A stretch of DNA of 64,000 nt from Octopus vulgaris (GCA_951406725.2 OX597837.1:41106001-41170000); one strand, 5' to 3'; positions 1 through 12,580 are shown, numbered from the stretch's first letter. Notes: a model not told the origin generated them from the letters alone. Made by a program: numbers and translations.

Positions 1-28
1 TATATCTGCACACATATATTTATTTGCA

Positions 29-52
29 TGTGTGTATATATATATATATTTG

Positions 53-94
<42 letters not shown>

Positions 95-295
95 TGTGTG
101 TTTGTCTGTGTGTGTATATATTTGTTTCTGTGTGTGTGTCTGTGTGTGTGTGTGCGTGTGTGTTTGTGTGTGTATATATTTGTTTCTGTGTGTGTGTCTG
201 TGTGTGTGTGTGCGTGTGTGTTTGTGTGTGTATATATTTGTTTTTGTGTGTGTGCGTGCGTGTTTGTGTGTGTATATATTTGTTTCTGTGTGTGT

Positions 296-335
<40 letters not shown>

Positions 336-408
336 TTGTTTCTGTGTGTGTGTGTATATATTTGTTTCTGTGTGTGCGTGTGTGTTTGTCTCTGTGTGTA
401 TATATTTG

Positions 409-470
<62 letters not shown>
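29..470. repeat. Compound minisatellite: constant core TATATATTTGTTTCTG alternating with variable (TG)n
   Basis: The core recurs about 7-8 times at 40-80 bp spacing, separated by TG runs. Confidence 0.85.
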
Positions 471-732
471 TATACATTCGCAAGCGAAAGTCAACAGTCT
501 GGAAATGAAAAAAAAAGATTAAAAATAAATAAGACAGATAAAGAAAAAAAATACCACCATAAAATTGTGGGCGTGTATTACTTTTGGCTCCACCCACTTT
601 CACCGAGTTCTATTTCTGATTTGTTTATTTATGTATTCGTTCATCAAATTCTCTTTTCTGCTCTCTCTATCTTTTTTCATTCACACGATTTCATCTCCTC
701 CCGTTTGGTGGTGTTTTACACACACACACACA

Positions 733-1103
733 CAGTCCTTAGGCTGCGGCCATGCTGGGGCACCGCCACGAAGAAATTTTTAGGTGAATGACCCCCTATA
801 CTAATGTTTATTCATTGCTCTTATACCTGGTAGTTATTCCCTCGGTCTCTCCGGCTGAACCGCTAGTTGGAAGACGTCAACAAACTAACACCGGTTGCCA
901 AGCGGTGGCGGAGGACACAAACAAATACATACATAGACACACACACATTGTGCGTATATGTAAATATACAACGGGCTTCTTTCAGTTTCCGTCTACCAAA
1001 TACACTCACAAGGCTTTGGTCGGCCCGTGGTAATGGTACAAAAGACTTGTCTTGGGACAGAACCCGGAACCTTGTGGTTGGGAAACGAGCATCTTACCAC
1101 ACA
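733..1103 (-). mobile_element. SINE family A, diverged copy
   Basis: Contains the family-A blocks GCGGCCATGCTGG and GGGCTTCTTTCAGTTTCCGTCTACCAAA shared with 5676-6104 and 58696-59151. Confidence 0.8.
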
Positions 1104-1645
1104 CACACACACACACCTATGTCTTTTACACTCTCTTTTGTTCATTTGTTCTCTTTCATTTCTTTCATTTCCTTCAATATCGAAATGACCATCACTGTTG
1201 ACTCAGATTAAAATTTTATCTGTGTGTGTATATGAACGTGTGTATGTGTGCTTCTGTGTGTGTTTGTGTGTGTGTGTGGGTGTGTGTCTGTGTGTCTGTG
1301 TCTGTGTCCAGGTGCCTGCGTGTGTGAACGTGTGTGTGTTTGTGCGTGTGTGTGTCGGTACAAATATAAATACGAATATATATCGATATATTAATATATT
1401 TGTATGTGCTTGTCTGTATATGTGTATGACTGTGTGTGTGTGTATGTGTATATATGTGAATGTGTGTGTGTACGTATGTAAGCATAACCGGTGTCGTTTT
1501 TTTTACGTCCCCGTAACCTACCGACTAGATATTAGATGACGATATAATGAATACCAGGCTTAAAATATGAATACTGAAATCGATTTCTTCTAAACCCTTT
1601 ATGTGTGTGAGTGTGTGTACGTTGCTAGAAATTCTGTATATGTAT

Positions 1646-1950
<305 letters not shown>

Positions 1951-2428
1951 AGAAGTGACGATCTCAGCTAAAATGCCGACAATTTAAAAATTACTCAACA
2001 CTTCATTATATAATTTTCACGATTAAAAAACGACCAACTTCAGAAACATTTTAACTGAAAACAAACAGTAAACATCGTAATATATTATTTTTACTATTTT
2101 CACTGTTCACTTAATGTTACTGTTCATCATGTTTGTATGTGTGTTCGACCTATATTGTGTGTCTGTATGTATGTATGTATGTTCACTATTTTCTCTTTGG
2201 TTTAAAGTAAATGTTGACCCTCCACCTTCCTGGTAGCAAGGTTGTATAGGAGAGTTTATTGATTTAACCGGCAACCTTTAAACCTTAAGGCCTAGCAGTT
2301 TTTTTATAGTCCCTCATATCGTGATCATTTGTAGCGTTTAAATTAAGGATTTGCGTTCTCTCCCCGAGATCTCAAGTCCAAACATACTTTGCACCGGACG
2401 GGTCGGTATGTATGTACACTATTGCTCC

Positions 2429-3029
2429 AAAGGCGGCGACCTGGCAGAATCGTTAGTACGCCGGGCGAAATGCTTAGGGGTATTTCGTCTGCCGTTACGT
2501 TCTGAGTTCAAATTCCGCAGAGGTTGACTTTGCCTTTCATCCGTTTCGGGGTCGATAAATTAAGTACCAGTTACGCATTGGGGTCGATATAATCGACTTA
2601 ATCCGTTTGTCTGTCCTTGTTTGTCCCCTCTGTGTTTAGCCCCTTGTGGGTAATAAAGAAATAGGTATTTCGTCTGCCGTTACGTTCTGGGTTCAAATTC
2701 CGCCGAGGTCGATTTTGCCTTTCATCCTTTCGGGGTCAATAAATTAAGTACCAGTTACGCACTGGAGTCGATGTAATCGACTTAATACCTATGTCTCTCC
2801 TTGTTTGTTCTTTCTGTGTTTAGCCCCTTGTGGTAGTAAAGAAATAGGTTTTTCGTCTGCTGCTACGTTCTGAGTTCAAATTCCGCTGAGGTCGACTTTG
2901 CCTTTCATCCTTTCGGGGTCGATTAAATAAGTACCAGTTACGCACTGGGGTCGATGTAATCGACTTAATCCGTTTGTCTGTCCTTGTTTGTCCCCTCTGT
3001 GTTTAGCCCCTTGTGGGTAGTTAAAAATA
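2429..3029 (+). mobile_element. SINE family B with a tandemly triplicated ~184-bp body
   Basis: One head (AAGGCGGCGACCTGGCAGAATCG) is followed by three units starting GGT(A/T)TTTCGTCTGC at 2479, 2664 and 2847. Each unit has a B-box-like GTTCAAATTCC and the GCCTTTCATCC..GGGGTC block. Confidence 0.9.
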
Positions 3030-3031
3030 AA

Positions 3032-3275
3032 ATAATAATAGGTCTGAAACTGAAAGCATATATCTTAGGTACTGGATTTGCAAACCTCTTATCAAAGGTC
3101 CAAGGGTGTCCCTTTAGTCTTGTCTTTTTCGAACCACATTCTTGTCCAGGGGACAGCTGATTTCCACAACAGAACACATCATTTCTTTGTGGCCCCAGAA
3201 AACAATATCTGGAAAATTGTGTTTTAACTTGGTGGCCGCTTTAATTTTTAAGTTCCACCGAAATATTTTGACTCA
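3032..3275 (-). pseudogene. Degenerate restriction-like endonuclease (RLE) fragment of an R4/NeSL-type non-LTR retrotransposon
   Basis: Manual minus-strand translation gives WNLKIKAATKLKHNFPDIVFWGHKEMMCSVVEISCPLDKNVVRKRQD*RDTLGPLIRGLQIQY, then frameshifts into YAFSFRPIII. This fits the PD..(D/E)xxxP RLE pattern. It has a stop and a frameshift. Confidence 0.7.
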
Positions 3276-3429
3276 TTGGTCTCAGACTAGTCAACTTTCG
3301 CTATAGGTCTTTTCATTGTATGTCCATTATTCAGTTTATTTCAAGACTTCTGGCTAACAGAGAAAGAACCGGCTTCTAACCTTGATCCAAGGTTCCTTGG
3401 ATTTCAACATCAACAACAGGGTATTTTTT

Positions 3430-3962
3430 GTATGTATGTATGTATGTATGTATGTATGTATGTATGTATGTATTTATGTAGGTATGTATGTATGTATGTG
3501 TATATATGTATGTATATATGTGCATATTTGTGTGTTTTATGTATGTATTCTCATGCATATAATTGTATATCTAGACATGCTCATATATATTTAAATGACA
3601 AACTTCTGGAAAGTTTTACAGATTTTTACAGTTCCAGTAACGGATTGGATCTGTAGTCTTCGAATAAGCTTGCTCCTTTCTGGTTTTGAGAAGCCTAATT
3701 TCTCAAAATTGGTATGTATGTAATAATGTATGTTTGTATGTATGTATGTATGTATGTATGTATGTATGTATGTATGTATGTATGTATGTATGTATGTGTG
3801 TATGTATGTATGTATGTATGTATGTATGTATGTATGTATGTATGTATGTATGTATGTATGTATGAATGTATGTATGTATGTATGTATGTATGTATGTATG
3901 TATGTATGTATGCATGCATGTATGCATGTATGTATGTTTGTATGTATGTATGTATGTATGTA
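3430..3962. repeat. (TATG)n microsatellite blocks
   Basis: Two tracts at about 3430-3500 and 3713-3962. Confidence 0.95.
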
Positions 3963-4071
3963 TACATGCTTATGTGGGTGATGCATATATTTTTGCTTTT
4001 GACGACGAATTATACATAACTGAATATTAAACTGAAGAATTACTCATCATTACATGCGTTCAGAAGAAGTG

Positions 4072-4164
4072 GATGAATAGTGACTTCGAAGTTAACGTTT
4101 GTTAACCGTCGTCGGACGGTCCTACGTTGATTAACTGGCCGAACTTTTCGAAGCCAACAGCATC
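4072..4164. repeat. ~93-bp imperfect palindrome, dual-hammerhead-like family, copy 1
   Basis: Arms GATGAATAGTGACTTCGAAG...GTCGGAC and GTCCTAC...TTCGAAGCCAACAGCATC are centred on 4118. Confidence 0.7.
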
Positions 4165-4213
4165 CCTCACACATACACACAGACATATACACACATATGC
4201 ATATATACATACA

Positions 4214-4272
<59 letters not shown>

Positions 4273-4363
4273 TTATAAATATGGATAAGATAGATCTCAT
4301 CAAGTGGCCAGCATGGGAATAAAAACCTTACAAAGATAATAATTATTTAAAATTATAAATACC

Positions 4364-4424
<61 letters not shown>

Positions 4425-4460
4425 CTATGTGTGTGTGTGCGTTGCTTATAAATAAAAATG

Positions 4461-4554
4461 GTTGATAGTAATTACTTTGAAGTTTGGCTTCAGCCGCCGT
4501 CATCAAACTGTCCGTTGACGGTTACTGAACCGATACTTCGAAGTCACAAGCAAC
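4461..4554. repeat. ~94-bp imperfect palindrome, dual-hammerhead-like family, copy 2
   Basis: Arms GTTGATAG..ACTTTGAAGTTTGGCTTCAGCCGCCGTCATCAAAC and GTCCGTTGACGGTTACTGAACCGATACTTCGAAGTCACAAGCAAC are centred on 4509. Confidence 0.75.
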
Positions 4555-4721
4555 ATCTTCTTTGCGAAAATGAAAAACTTTGTTTAATTTCCTGAAAAGT
4601 ATGAGTGATGCCTTTCTTTAACGTTTGACTGCTTTTACATACAACTAAATGTAACATTAAATATACATACATATATACATACATATATACATACATACAT
4701 GTATACGTACGTATGTATATA

Positions 4722-4775
<54 letters not shown>

Positions 4776-4949
4776 TGTATATATAGATATAGATATATTT
4801 ATACACACACACTTTATATCATATGTGTATATATATATATATACAATATTATATATACGTATATATAGGTATGCATATATATATAAACATAAATGTATGT
4901 ATTATGTCATGTATGTATATATAGATATATACACGTATGTATAACCGTG

Positions 4950-4981
<32 letters not shown>

Positions 4982-5616
4982 GCATAAATATACATATATA
5001 TATATTCATATACATATGTATATATATTACATTGTGTTATATGATATTTTATATATATGTATAAGTATATATTATATCATATTTTATACGTATATTTATG
5101 TATATAAATGAATGTATACACACACACATATACACACATACACACACATCCAAACATAGATAATTTAACCGACGACCAGAGGTTGACCCAGGCCATGTCT
5201 AACTTAATAGGAACGATTGACAAGATCCGTAAAATAATTTTTTAAGTCACGTTTTATGGTGTCGTGGCCCTTTCAAGTAGGGAGTTGTTGCTAGCTGTGA
5301 TGTATTCCGGTATAAGTGACTCATCCCTTTATCTCGGTAACGAATTTTGTCCAGGTTTCATTTAAGGGTTTTTGGGATCTTTTTTTTTTTCTTTGATTTG
5401 TTTCTGTTGACAAAGTTAAATTGAGGAGAACCTGTTGTGGCGGGGTGGGGGGAAGAAATTTGAATTGCAGTGAATTTGTGGGTTGTTGCCGGCCTGAATT
5501 GTGTTAAGGGTTGATAACGGCACAACAGAGTCCCAGGTCAACCAAACACTTGGGAGCAGATTTGGTAGACGGAAACTGAAAAACGCCCAGCATGTGTGCT
5601 TATATGTGTATGTATA

Positions 5617-5675
<59 letters not shown>

Positions 5676-5677
<2 letters not shown>

Positions 5678-5884
5678 TCTTTTATTCTTTTACTTGTTTC
5701 AGTCATTTGACTGCGGCCATACTGGAGTACCGCCTTTAGTCGAGCAAATCGACCCCGGGACTTATTCTTTGTAAGCCCAGTACCTATTCTATCGGTCTCT
5801 TTTGCCGAACCGCTAAGTGACGGGGACGTAAACACACCAGCATCGGTTGTTAATCAATGCTAGGGGGACAAACACAGACACACA

Positions 5885-5942
<58 letters not shown>

Positions 5943-6104
5943 GACAGGCTTCTTTCAGTTTCCGTCTACCAAATCCACTCACAAGGCATTGGTCGGCCAG
6001 GGACTATAGTAGAAGACACTTGCCCAAGATGCCACGCAGTGGGACTGACCCGGAACCATGTGGTTGGTTAGCAAGCTTCTTACCACACAGCCACTCCTGC
6101 GCCT
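5676..6104 (-). mobile_element. SINE family A, full length
   Basis: The tRNA-like head AGGCGCAGGAGTGGCTGTGTGG (A-box) is followed by GGGTCAGTCCC (B-box-like), an internal (TA)n(TG)n tract and the tail GACTGAAACAAGTAAAAGAATAAAAGAAT. Confidence 0.92.
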
Positions 6105-6113
6105 ATATATGTG

Positions 6114-6246
6114 TGTAAAAGTAAAAAAATACAAACTGGGACAAGAACGCGAAACATTTAGAAGACGACACAAAAAACACGGACGGGACATTCGAAGCCT
6201 TCAATCTTCAGTCAAGAACCGGATCATCCTAGCAATTTCGGCTGAT
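6114..6246. repeat. Unclassified interspersed repeat P1, short form
   Basis: Near-identical to 8717-8847 and, inverted, to 11546-11679. Confidence 0.85.
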
Positions 6247-6385
6247 ATGTATATATATACATACATACATACATACATACATACATACATACACCCACAC
6301 ATATAATCGTCTTTAAAGTGATTAAGGGTTAACTTTAGTGACGATTGTACGTATGCCTTTCGGTTTTAAAATGCGACCAGCTTCT

Positions 6386-6472
<87 letters not shown>

Positions 6473-6627
6473 CACAAACATATACATACACATACATATA
6501 CATTATGATGATGTATATAACTATGCGTGTGTGTATAGATAGATAATGCTACAGCTATATATATATATTAACGCAAAAATTGAAAGGTGTATACAAATTT
6601 GCAATATAGTTGGACATATTGAATATG

Positions 6628-6658
<31 letters not shown>

Positions 6659-6694
6659 CTATATATATATATAAATATACACACATATATACAC

Positions 6695-6932
6695 ATACCT
6701 ATTTCTTTACTACCCACAAGGGGCTAAACACAGTGGGGACAAACAAGGACAGACATAGGTATTAAGTCGATTACATCGACCCCAGTGCGTAACTGGTACT
6801 TATTTAATCGACCCCGAAAGGATGAAAGGCAAAGTAGACCTCGGCGGAATTTGAACTCAGAACGTAGCGGCAGACGAAATACTGCTAAGAATTTCGCCCG
6901 ACGTGCTAACGTTTCTGCCAGCTCGCCGCCTT
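6695..6932 (-). mobile_element. SINE family B, full-length monomer
   Basis: Reverse complement of the head plus one unit of 2429-3029. Confidence 0.92.
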
Positions 6933-6952
6933 ATATAAACATATATACACAT

Positions 6953-7001
6953 ACCATGTGGTTGGTTAGCAAGCTACTTACCACACAGCCACTCCTGCGC
7001 C

Positions 7002-7002
<1 letters not shown>
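6953..7002 (-). mobile_element. SINE family A head fragment
   Basis: Near-identical to 6055-6104. Confidence 0.8.
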
Positions 7003-7059
<57 letters not shown>

Positions 7060-7060
7060 C

Positions 7061-7228
7061 AAAGTGAGATAGGGGTTGTGAGTGTAACCCTCTATGGGAT
7101 ATCATTTGTCCAATATATTGCCAGTAAAGCACCCAACAAAGTTAATACATAAATGCTAAGAATTGCAATTAATTCATTTATTGTATTATATGGGCGAAGG
7201 TAAAATGTTTTACCTCCATTTTCTTATT

Positions 7229-7230
<2 letters not shown>
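7061..7230. repeat. Unclassified interspersed repeat P2 inside (TA)n
   Basis: Similar to 11729-11930 (TAGGGGTT.TG.GTGTAACCC.CTATGGGATATC ... CTCCATTTTCTTATTTGTA). Confidence 0.75.
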
Positions 7231-7266
<36 letters not shown>

Positions 7267-7378
7267 ACCGCTATATGTGTGTCTCGAAGTTGATTGACTT
7301 ATAGCGTTACGTAAAACCGAATCAGAAAATTTCTCGGAAGATTTTTTTATTGATGTACCTGAAGAGACCCAGAACGGG

Positions 7379-7620
7379 TGGAAACATGGCTCAGTGGCTA
7401 GGGCAGCGGCCTCCGTGGTCGTGGGATCGTAGTTTCGATTCCCAGACCGGGCGTTGTGAGTGTTTATTGGGCGAAAACACCTAAAGCTCCTCGGGGGTCC
7501 GGTAGGGTGTGTTGTTGGACGAACCCTGATGTACTCTTTCATCACAACTTTCTCTCACTCTTTCTAACTGTTTCTGTAGTACATACATTTCAAAGGGCCA
7601 CGCTGTATCTCCCCAAGAAC
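7379..7620 (+). mobile_element. SINE family D, diverged and 3'-deleted
   Basis: A-box TGGCTCAGTGG, B-box-like GTTTCGATTCCC and body GCGAAAACACCTAAAGCTCC. Confidence 0.8.
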
Positions 7621-7644
7621 CCCTAAAATTTTGGATTTATGAAT

Positions 7645-7684
<40 letters not shown>

Positions 7685-7687
<3 letters not shown>

Positions 7688-7830
7688 TAAGTAATTAAAA
7701 GGCCTTTTATGTGCTGTGGTTTTACTGGGATCTCCCTTTTAAGTAGAAAGAATAGCCAAAACTCTGACTGCTATTTCTCAATTCGGTGTGTGGTGAGGCA
7801 AATCGTTGCTAAACCCTTAATTACTTAGTA
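7685..7830. mobile_element. MITE-like element with 14-bp terminal inverted repeats
   Basis: TACTAAGTAATTAA (7685-7698) and TTAATTACTTAGTA (7817-7830). A diverged relative lies at about 58133-58279. Confidence 0.55.
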
Positions 7831-7930
7831 TTACTTAAACGTTCCTTGAATGGGGCTTTTACATGCCGAAATCTACTTGGTGAAATGAATGATTATTCCA
7901 AATTAATTAATTTCACCCTATATTATTATT

Positions 7931-7974
<44 letters not shown>

Positions 7975-8063
7975 ATACATACATACATACATTCACATAC
8001 TCAAACATGTACACGAATATGTATATGAATATATATATATATGTAAGCTTAAAAATATTTGTA

Positions 8064-8273
8064 GAGGCGCGTCTGTGTCTTAGGTATTGGAATCATTATC
8101 ATAAGATTGCGGTTTCGATTCCTGGACCGGGCGACGCGTTCTGTTCTTGAGCTAAACACTGCTTTTCACGTTACTGTAGTGCCCTCGGCCGGCAAAAATG
8201 AGTAATCCAACGTCCAGTCCAGTGGTGGATGAAGGATTTATACGCCACATAACCCGGCAGAGCGGCTCTTATG
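8064..8273 (+). mobile_element. SINE family C, diverged
   Basis: GGTTTCGATTCCTGGACCGGGCGACGCGTT and GGCAAAAATGAGTAA are shared with 17564-17821. Confidence 0.8.
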
Positions 8274-8280
8274 GTTATTA

Positions 8281-8336
8281 TTTAAGTTTCGACCGGAGAT
8301 GGCTTAGCTTCCTGAAAACTTCGAAGTCACTATCAA
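8281..8336. repeat. Dual-hammerhead-like family, internally deleted copy 3
   Basis: Right arm GAAAACTTCGAAGTCACTATCAA with a remnant left arm AAGTTTCG. Confidence 0.55.
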
Positions 8337-8716
8337 GAATATTGTTGTTTCAGAATAATAAATTTGTACACTGCAAAATTATAGAGTAACCCATGAGATT
8401 AATATAAAACTGTTTTTATTATAACAGAACATAAACACAAATATTAATATATATATATATATATACTCACATGCATATATATATATATACACACATATAT
8501 ATTAACATGGTATATATAATATCCATATAAATCTATTAGGTATTATACAAACTAATATTAAATTCCATATTATGTTATATATGCTCTGTATATACACATG
8601 TAAGTATGGGTTAACGATAATATTGATGTATGGATAAATATACATATATATATATATGGATACATATATGTAAGTATAAATTTTTGCGTCTAGATGTGTG
8701 GGTGTGTGTCTATATA

Positions 8717-8847
8717 TGTAAAAGTAAAAAAATACAAACTGGGACAAGAACGTGAAACATTTAGAAGACGACACAAAAAACACGGTCGGGACATTCGAAG
8801 CCTTCAATCTTCAGTCAAGAACCGGATCATCCTCGCAATTTCGGCTG
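8717..8847. repeat. Interspersed repeat P1, short form
   Basis: Near-identical to 6114-6246 with the same ends. Confidence 0.85.
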
Positions 8848-8875
8848 TATGTATATATATATATACAGGTATATA

Positions 8876-8930
<55 letters not shown>

Positions 8931-8931
<1 letters not shown>

Positions 8932-9029
8932 GAAGGATACAGGATATACTGTTTCATTCAAGAGAAATCTTCAGGAAGCTGAGCTTCCTGAAGATTTCTC
9001 TTGAATGAAACAGTACTATAGCTCCTTCT
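8931..9029. repeat. Perfect 34-bp-arm palindrome inside (TA)n, each strand reading CTGAAGA...GAAAC
   Basis: 8947-8980 is the exact reverse complement of 8982-9015, with a 1-nt spacer. Pairing extends imperfectly to AGAAGGA/TCCTTCT. Confidence 0.95.
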
Positions 9030-9095
9030 ATATATATATACTCTGCTATGTATTGAGTACCTTACTTACTGTGGTTAACCCCGTATCAACCCGGG

Positions 9096-9187
<92 letters not shown>

Positions 9188-9852
9188 GAATATATATATA
9201 TGAATATATATGTATATATATATATATACATATATATATATACATGCATTTATATGTATTTGTGTGTGTGTGCATATATATAACATTCGTACAATTTTGT
9301 ATAAGTATATATTTTTTACACACACACACACACACAACATCGCGCGCGCACATATGTACAGTCGAACTAATAAACATACATATGCGTGTGTACATGTGTA
9401 TACGTGTGTCCACATGTGTGTGTGTGCATTTGTGTGTGTCTCTGTGTCTGTGTGTGTGTCTCTGTGTCTGTGTGTGTGGCCGAGAACCTTACACAGCTTA
9501 TCAAAAACTCATTGTTCGCGCCTCAAACCTTCGCAGTTTGTTCAGTTTTAATTACGCGATTAATATCCTGTAATTAAAACGTTATTAAACCCCTTCCTTG
9601 ATTGCGAATAATTTTATAGCCACCAACCCGACTAATTTGCATATTCATTTCCCACTTTATCAATAGTTTGGTACGAAGGGACCATGTCACCGCGTCAGTT
9701 AAATGGCGTTTTCATTAGAGTGGAACGTGTGCTGGACATCAGGCCACTCACTCTTGCGTGACGGCTGCGCAAACTTTTCTGAATTACTCAATTGAGCCGT
9801 GGTCAGTCCGTAGTCAAACGCACACACATACATACAGATAAGAGTGCGTATG

Positions 9853-9963
<111 letters not shown>

Positions 9964-10212
9964 GTAAGTATGTGTGCATGTATGCATATATATATATGTT
10001 TTGTATATATATATATTGCAATAAGAAAATGGAGGGGATCAATAGGTGGTTCATCAACTTTTAGACATTATATTATGTTAACTTATTTATTTATTTATTA
10101 TTTACTAAAGTGATAATTATAATAATATACATACATATAACATATCATGCTTTACATATAAGATATAAAATATATTAATATATAAGGATACCAGTAATTT
10201 TTATAAGAAACA

Positions 10213-10255
<43 letters not shown>

Positions 10256-10330
10256 ATATATGTATATTAAACTGAAAAATGAATACTTTTGTTGGGCATA
10301 TATATTTATTACACTTTATCAAGATGAGAG

Positions 10331-10375
10331 GTTGATAGTGACTTCGAAATTTCGGTTTACTAGCTGACGGCAGAC
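10331..10375. repeat. Dual-hammerhead-like family, single arm, copy 4
   Basis: GTTGATAGTGACTTCGAAATTTCGGTTTACTAGCTGACGGCAGAC aligns with the left arms at 4072 and 4461. Confidence 0.65.
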
Positions 10376-10444
10376 GACGATTTAGTAAATTAACACATTA
10401 TATATTCCACAAACATATATATGTATGTATGTGTGTGCGCGTAT

Positions 10445-10569
<125 letters not shown>

Positions 10570-10687
10570 CGACAGGCTTCTTTTAGTTTCCGTCAACCAA
10601 TTTCACTCGTTAGTCGACAAAGAAGCTATAGCTAAGTTCATTGCCTAAGGTGTTACACAGTGCATGTGTATATATATATATTTATAA

Positions 10688-10719
<32 letters not shown>

Positions 10720-11109
10720 GTATGTATTTATTTATTTATATCTATATTTATATCCATATTTATATCTATATAAATATATGTATGTAACATATTGACAAGA
10801 AACATGATATGTCTTCTAAAAATCAATGGTTTGTCATTGATATCCGTGTGAGTGCTTGTGTATATATATCTATATATATATTGATATGCGTGAGCGTGCA
10901 TGTGTGCGTGTATATGCGTGTGTGTGTGCAATTTTGTACAAAAGTATATATTTATATTTGTATGTGTGTGTGTGCGTGTGTGTGTGTTTGATTGCATGTG
11001 CATTGTAAGTACACATACGTGTAATGTAAATCAATTACGTGATGATGCTTATCACATTAATTATGAATGGCGTATTATACATGTACGTAAATATGTGGAC
11101 ACGAGCGTC

Positions 11110-11154
<45 letters not shown>

Positions 11155-11302
11155 ATGTGTGTGTGTGTGTCTATGTGTTTATATATTAATGATCGCTCTC
11201 TGCGTCGAGTTGTAAATACAAACAATTCAACATTAAACTGAAGGATTATTCAGTGCTGGTTTTGTTGTTGAGGACATATTTATTGCTGTTTAAGCAGAAC
11301 AC

Positions 11303-11396
11303 TGTTGACAGTGACTTCGAAGCTCAAAGTTTCGGCCCTTTGAAGTCGGTTGGATGACGCCTAAGGAAACCGAAAGTTTTAAAGTCGTTGTCAACA
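11303..11396. repeat. Dual-hammerhead-like family, copy 5
   Basis: Inverted ends TGTTGACAGTGACTTCGAAG..TTTCGG and CCGAAAGTTTTAAAGTCGTTGTCAACA. Confidence 0.7.
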
Positions 11397-11426
11397 CTTT
11401 ACTTGTTAACATATATAGATGGGCAG

Positions 11427-11457
<31 letters not shown>

Positions 11458-11458
11458 A

Positions 11459-11516
<58 letters not shown>

Positions 11517-11545
11517 ATATCTATATATATATATATATATATATA

Positions 11546-11675
11546 ATCAGCCGAAATTGCGAAGATGATCCGGTTCTTGACTGAAGATTGAAGGGTTCGA
11601 ATGTCCCATCCGTGTTTTTTGTATCGTCTTCTAAATGTTTTACGTTCTTGTCCCAGTTTGTTTTTTTTTTACATT

Positions 11676-11679
<4 letters not shown>
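11546..11679. repeat. Interspersed repeat P1, short form, inverted
   Basis: Reverse complement of 6114-6246. Confidence 0.85.
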
Positions 11680-11728
<49 letters not shown>

Positions 11729-11731
<3 letters not shown>

Positions 11732-11930
11732 TAAGGTAGGGGTTATGGGTGTAACCCACTATGGGATATCAGTTATCCATTATACTGCTGGTAAAGTACC
11801 CAAATACTAAATACATAAATACTTTTAATTGCAATATGTTCCCATTTGTATAATTAATAAATAATGTGAAATTGTAATATCCGTAAGTTGATGGTCGAAA
11901 TGAATTTGTTTCTCCATTTTCTTATTTGTA
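11729..11930. repeat. Interspersed repeat P2
   Basis: Similar to 7061-7230. Confidence 0.75.
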
Positions 11931-11948
11931 CATATATATGTATATATA

Positions 11949-12021
<73 letters not shown>

Positions 12022-12024
12022 CTA

Positions 12025-12079
<55 letters not shown>

Positions 12080-12125
12080 GGAGAGAGAGAGAGAGAGAGA
12101 GAGAGACCAAAGTGTACGTACGTCG

Positions 12126-12172
<47 letters not shown>

Positions 12173-12175
<3 letters not shown>

Positions 12176-12580
12176 AAGCTTTATGAAAATAGACAAAAGA
12201 CGAAGGGAGGTGGAAAACAAACAAACAATTGTAACACAAAATGGGACAAGAATGCAAAACATCCTGACAGTTAGGTGATACAAATGGGGACAACAAAACA
12301 TCCAGTTACAAAGAAAACAAGGACGGGTCATTCGAAGTTTTCTTTCCTCAGTCAATCACCAGATTATCCTCGCAATTTTGGTTGATTATTCTTGAGATTG
12401 CTCCAATCTGGCCAGCCCCAAGGAAGAACTAAGCTAAGAGCATTAGATTCCTTGGAAGAAAGCAGCGAATGTATACAGAAACAAGGAAGGGAAAAAAACG
12501 AACAATGTTACACAAATATAAATACAATGAAAAAAAATACCATAAAAATAACAGGACATAACAACAGGTGTCTTTCGACA
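12173..12580. repeat. P3 terminus fused to a long P1-related repeat
   Basis: 12173-12232 matches the reverse complement of 46330-46386. The rest resembles the reverse complement of 29452-29695 (GGCCAGCCCCAAGGAA.AACTAAGCTA.GAGCATTAGAT). Confidence 0.7.

Noticed and set aside
2479-3029. CRISPR-like or regularly spaced array
   Set aside because: The units are contiguous SINE bodies with no unique spacers, the context is eukaryotic, and there are no cas genes.
7359-7386. CTGAAGA-GACCC..GGGT-GGAAAC hammerhead-like string
   Set aside because: The GGAAAC part overlaps the head of the adjacent family-D SINE, and stems I and III cannot be formed.
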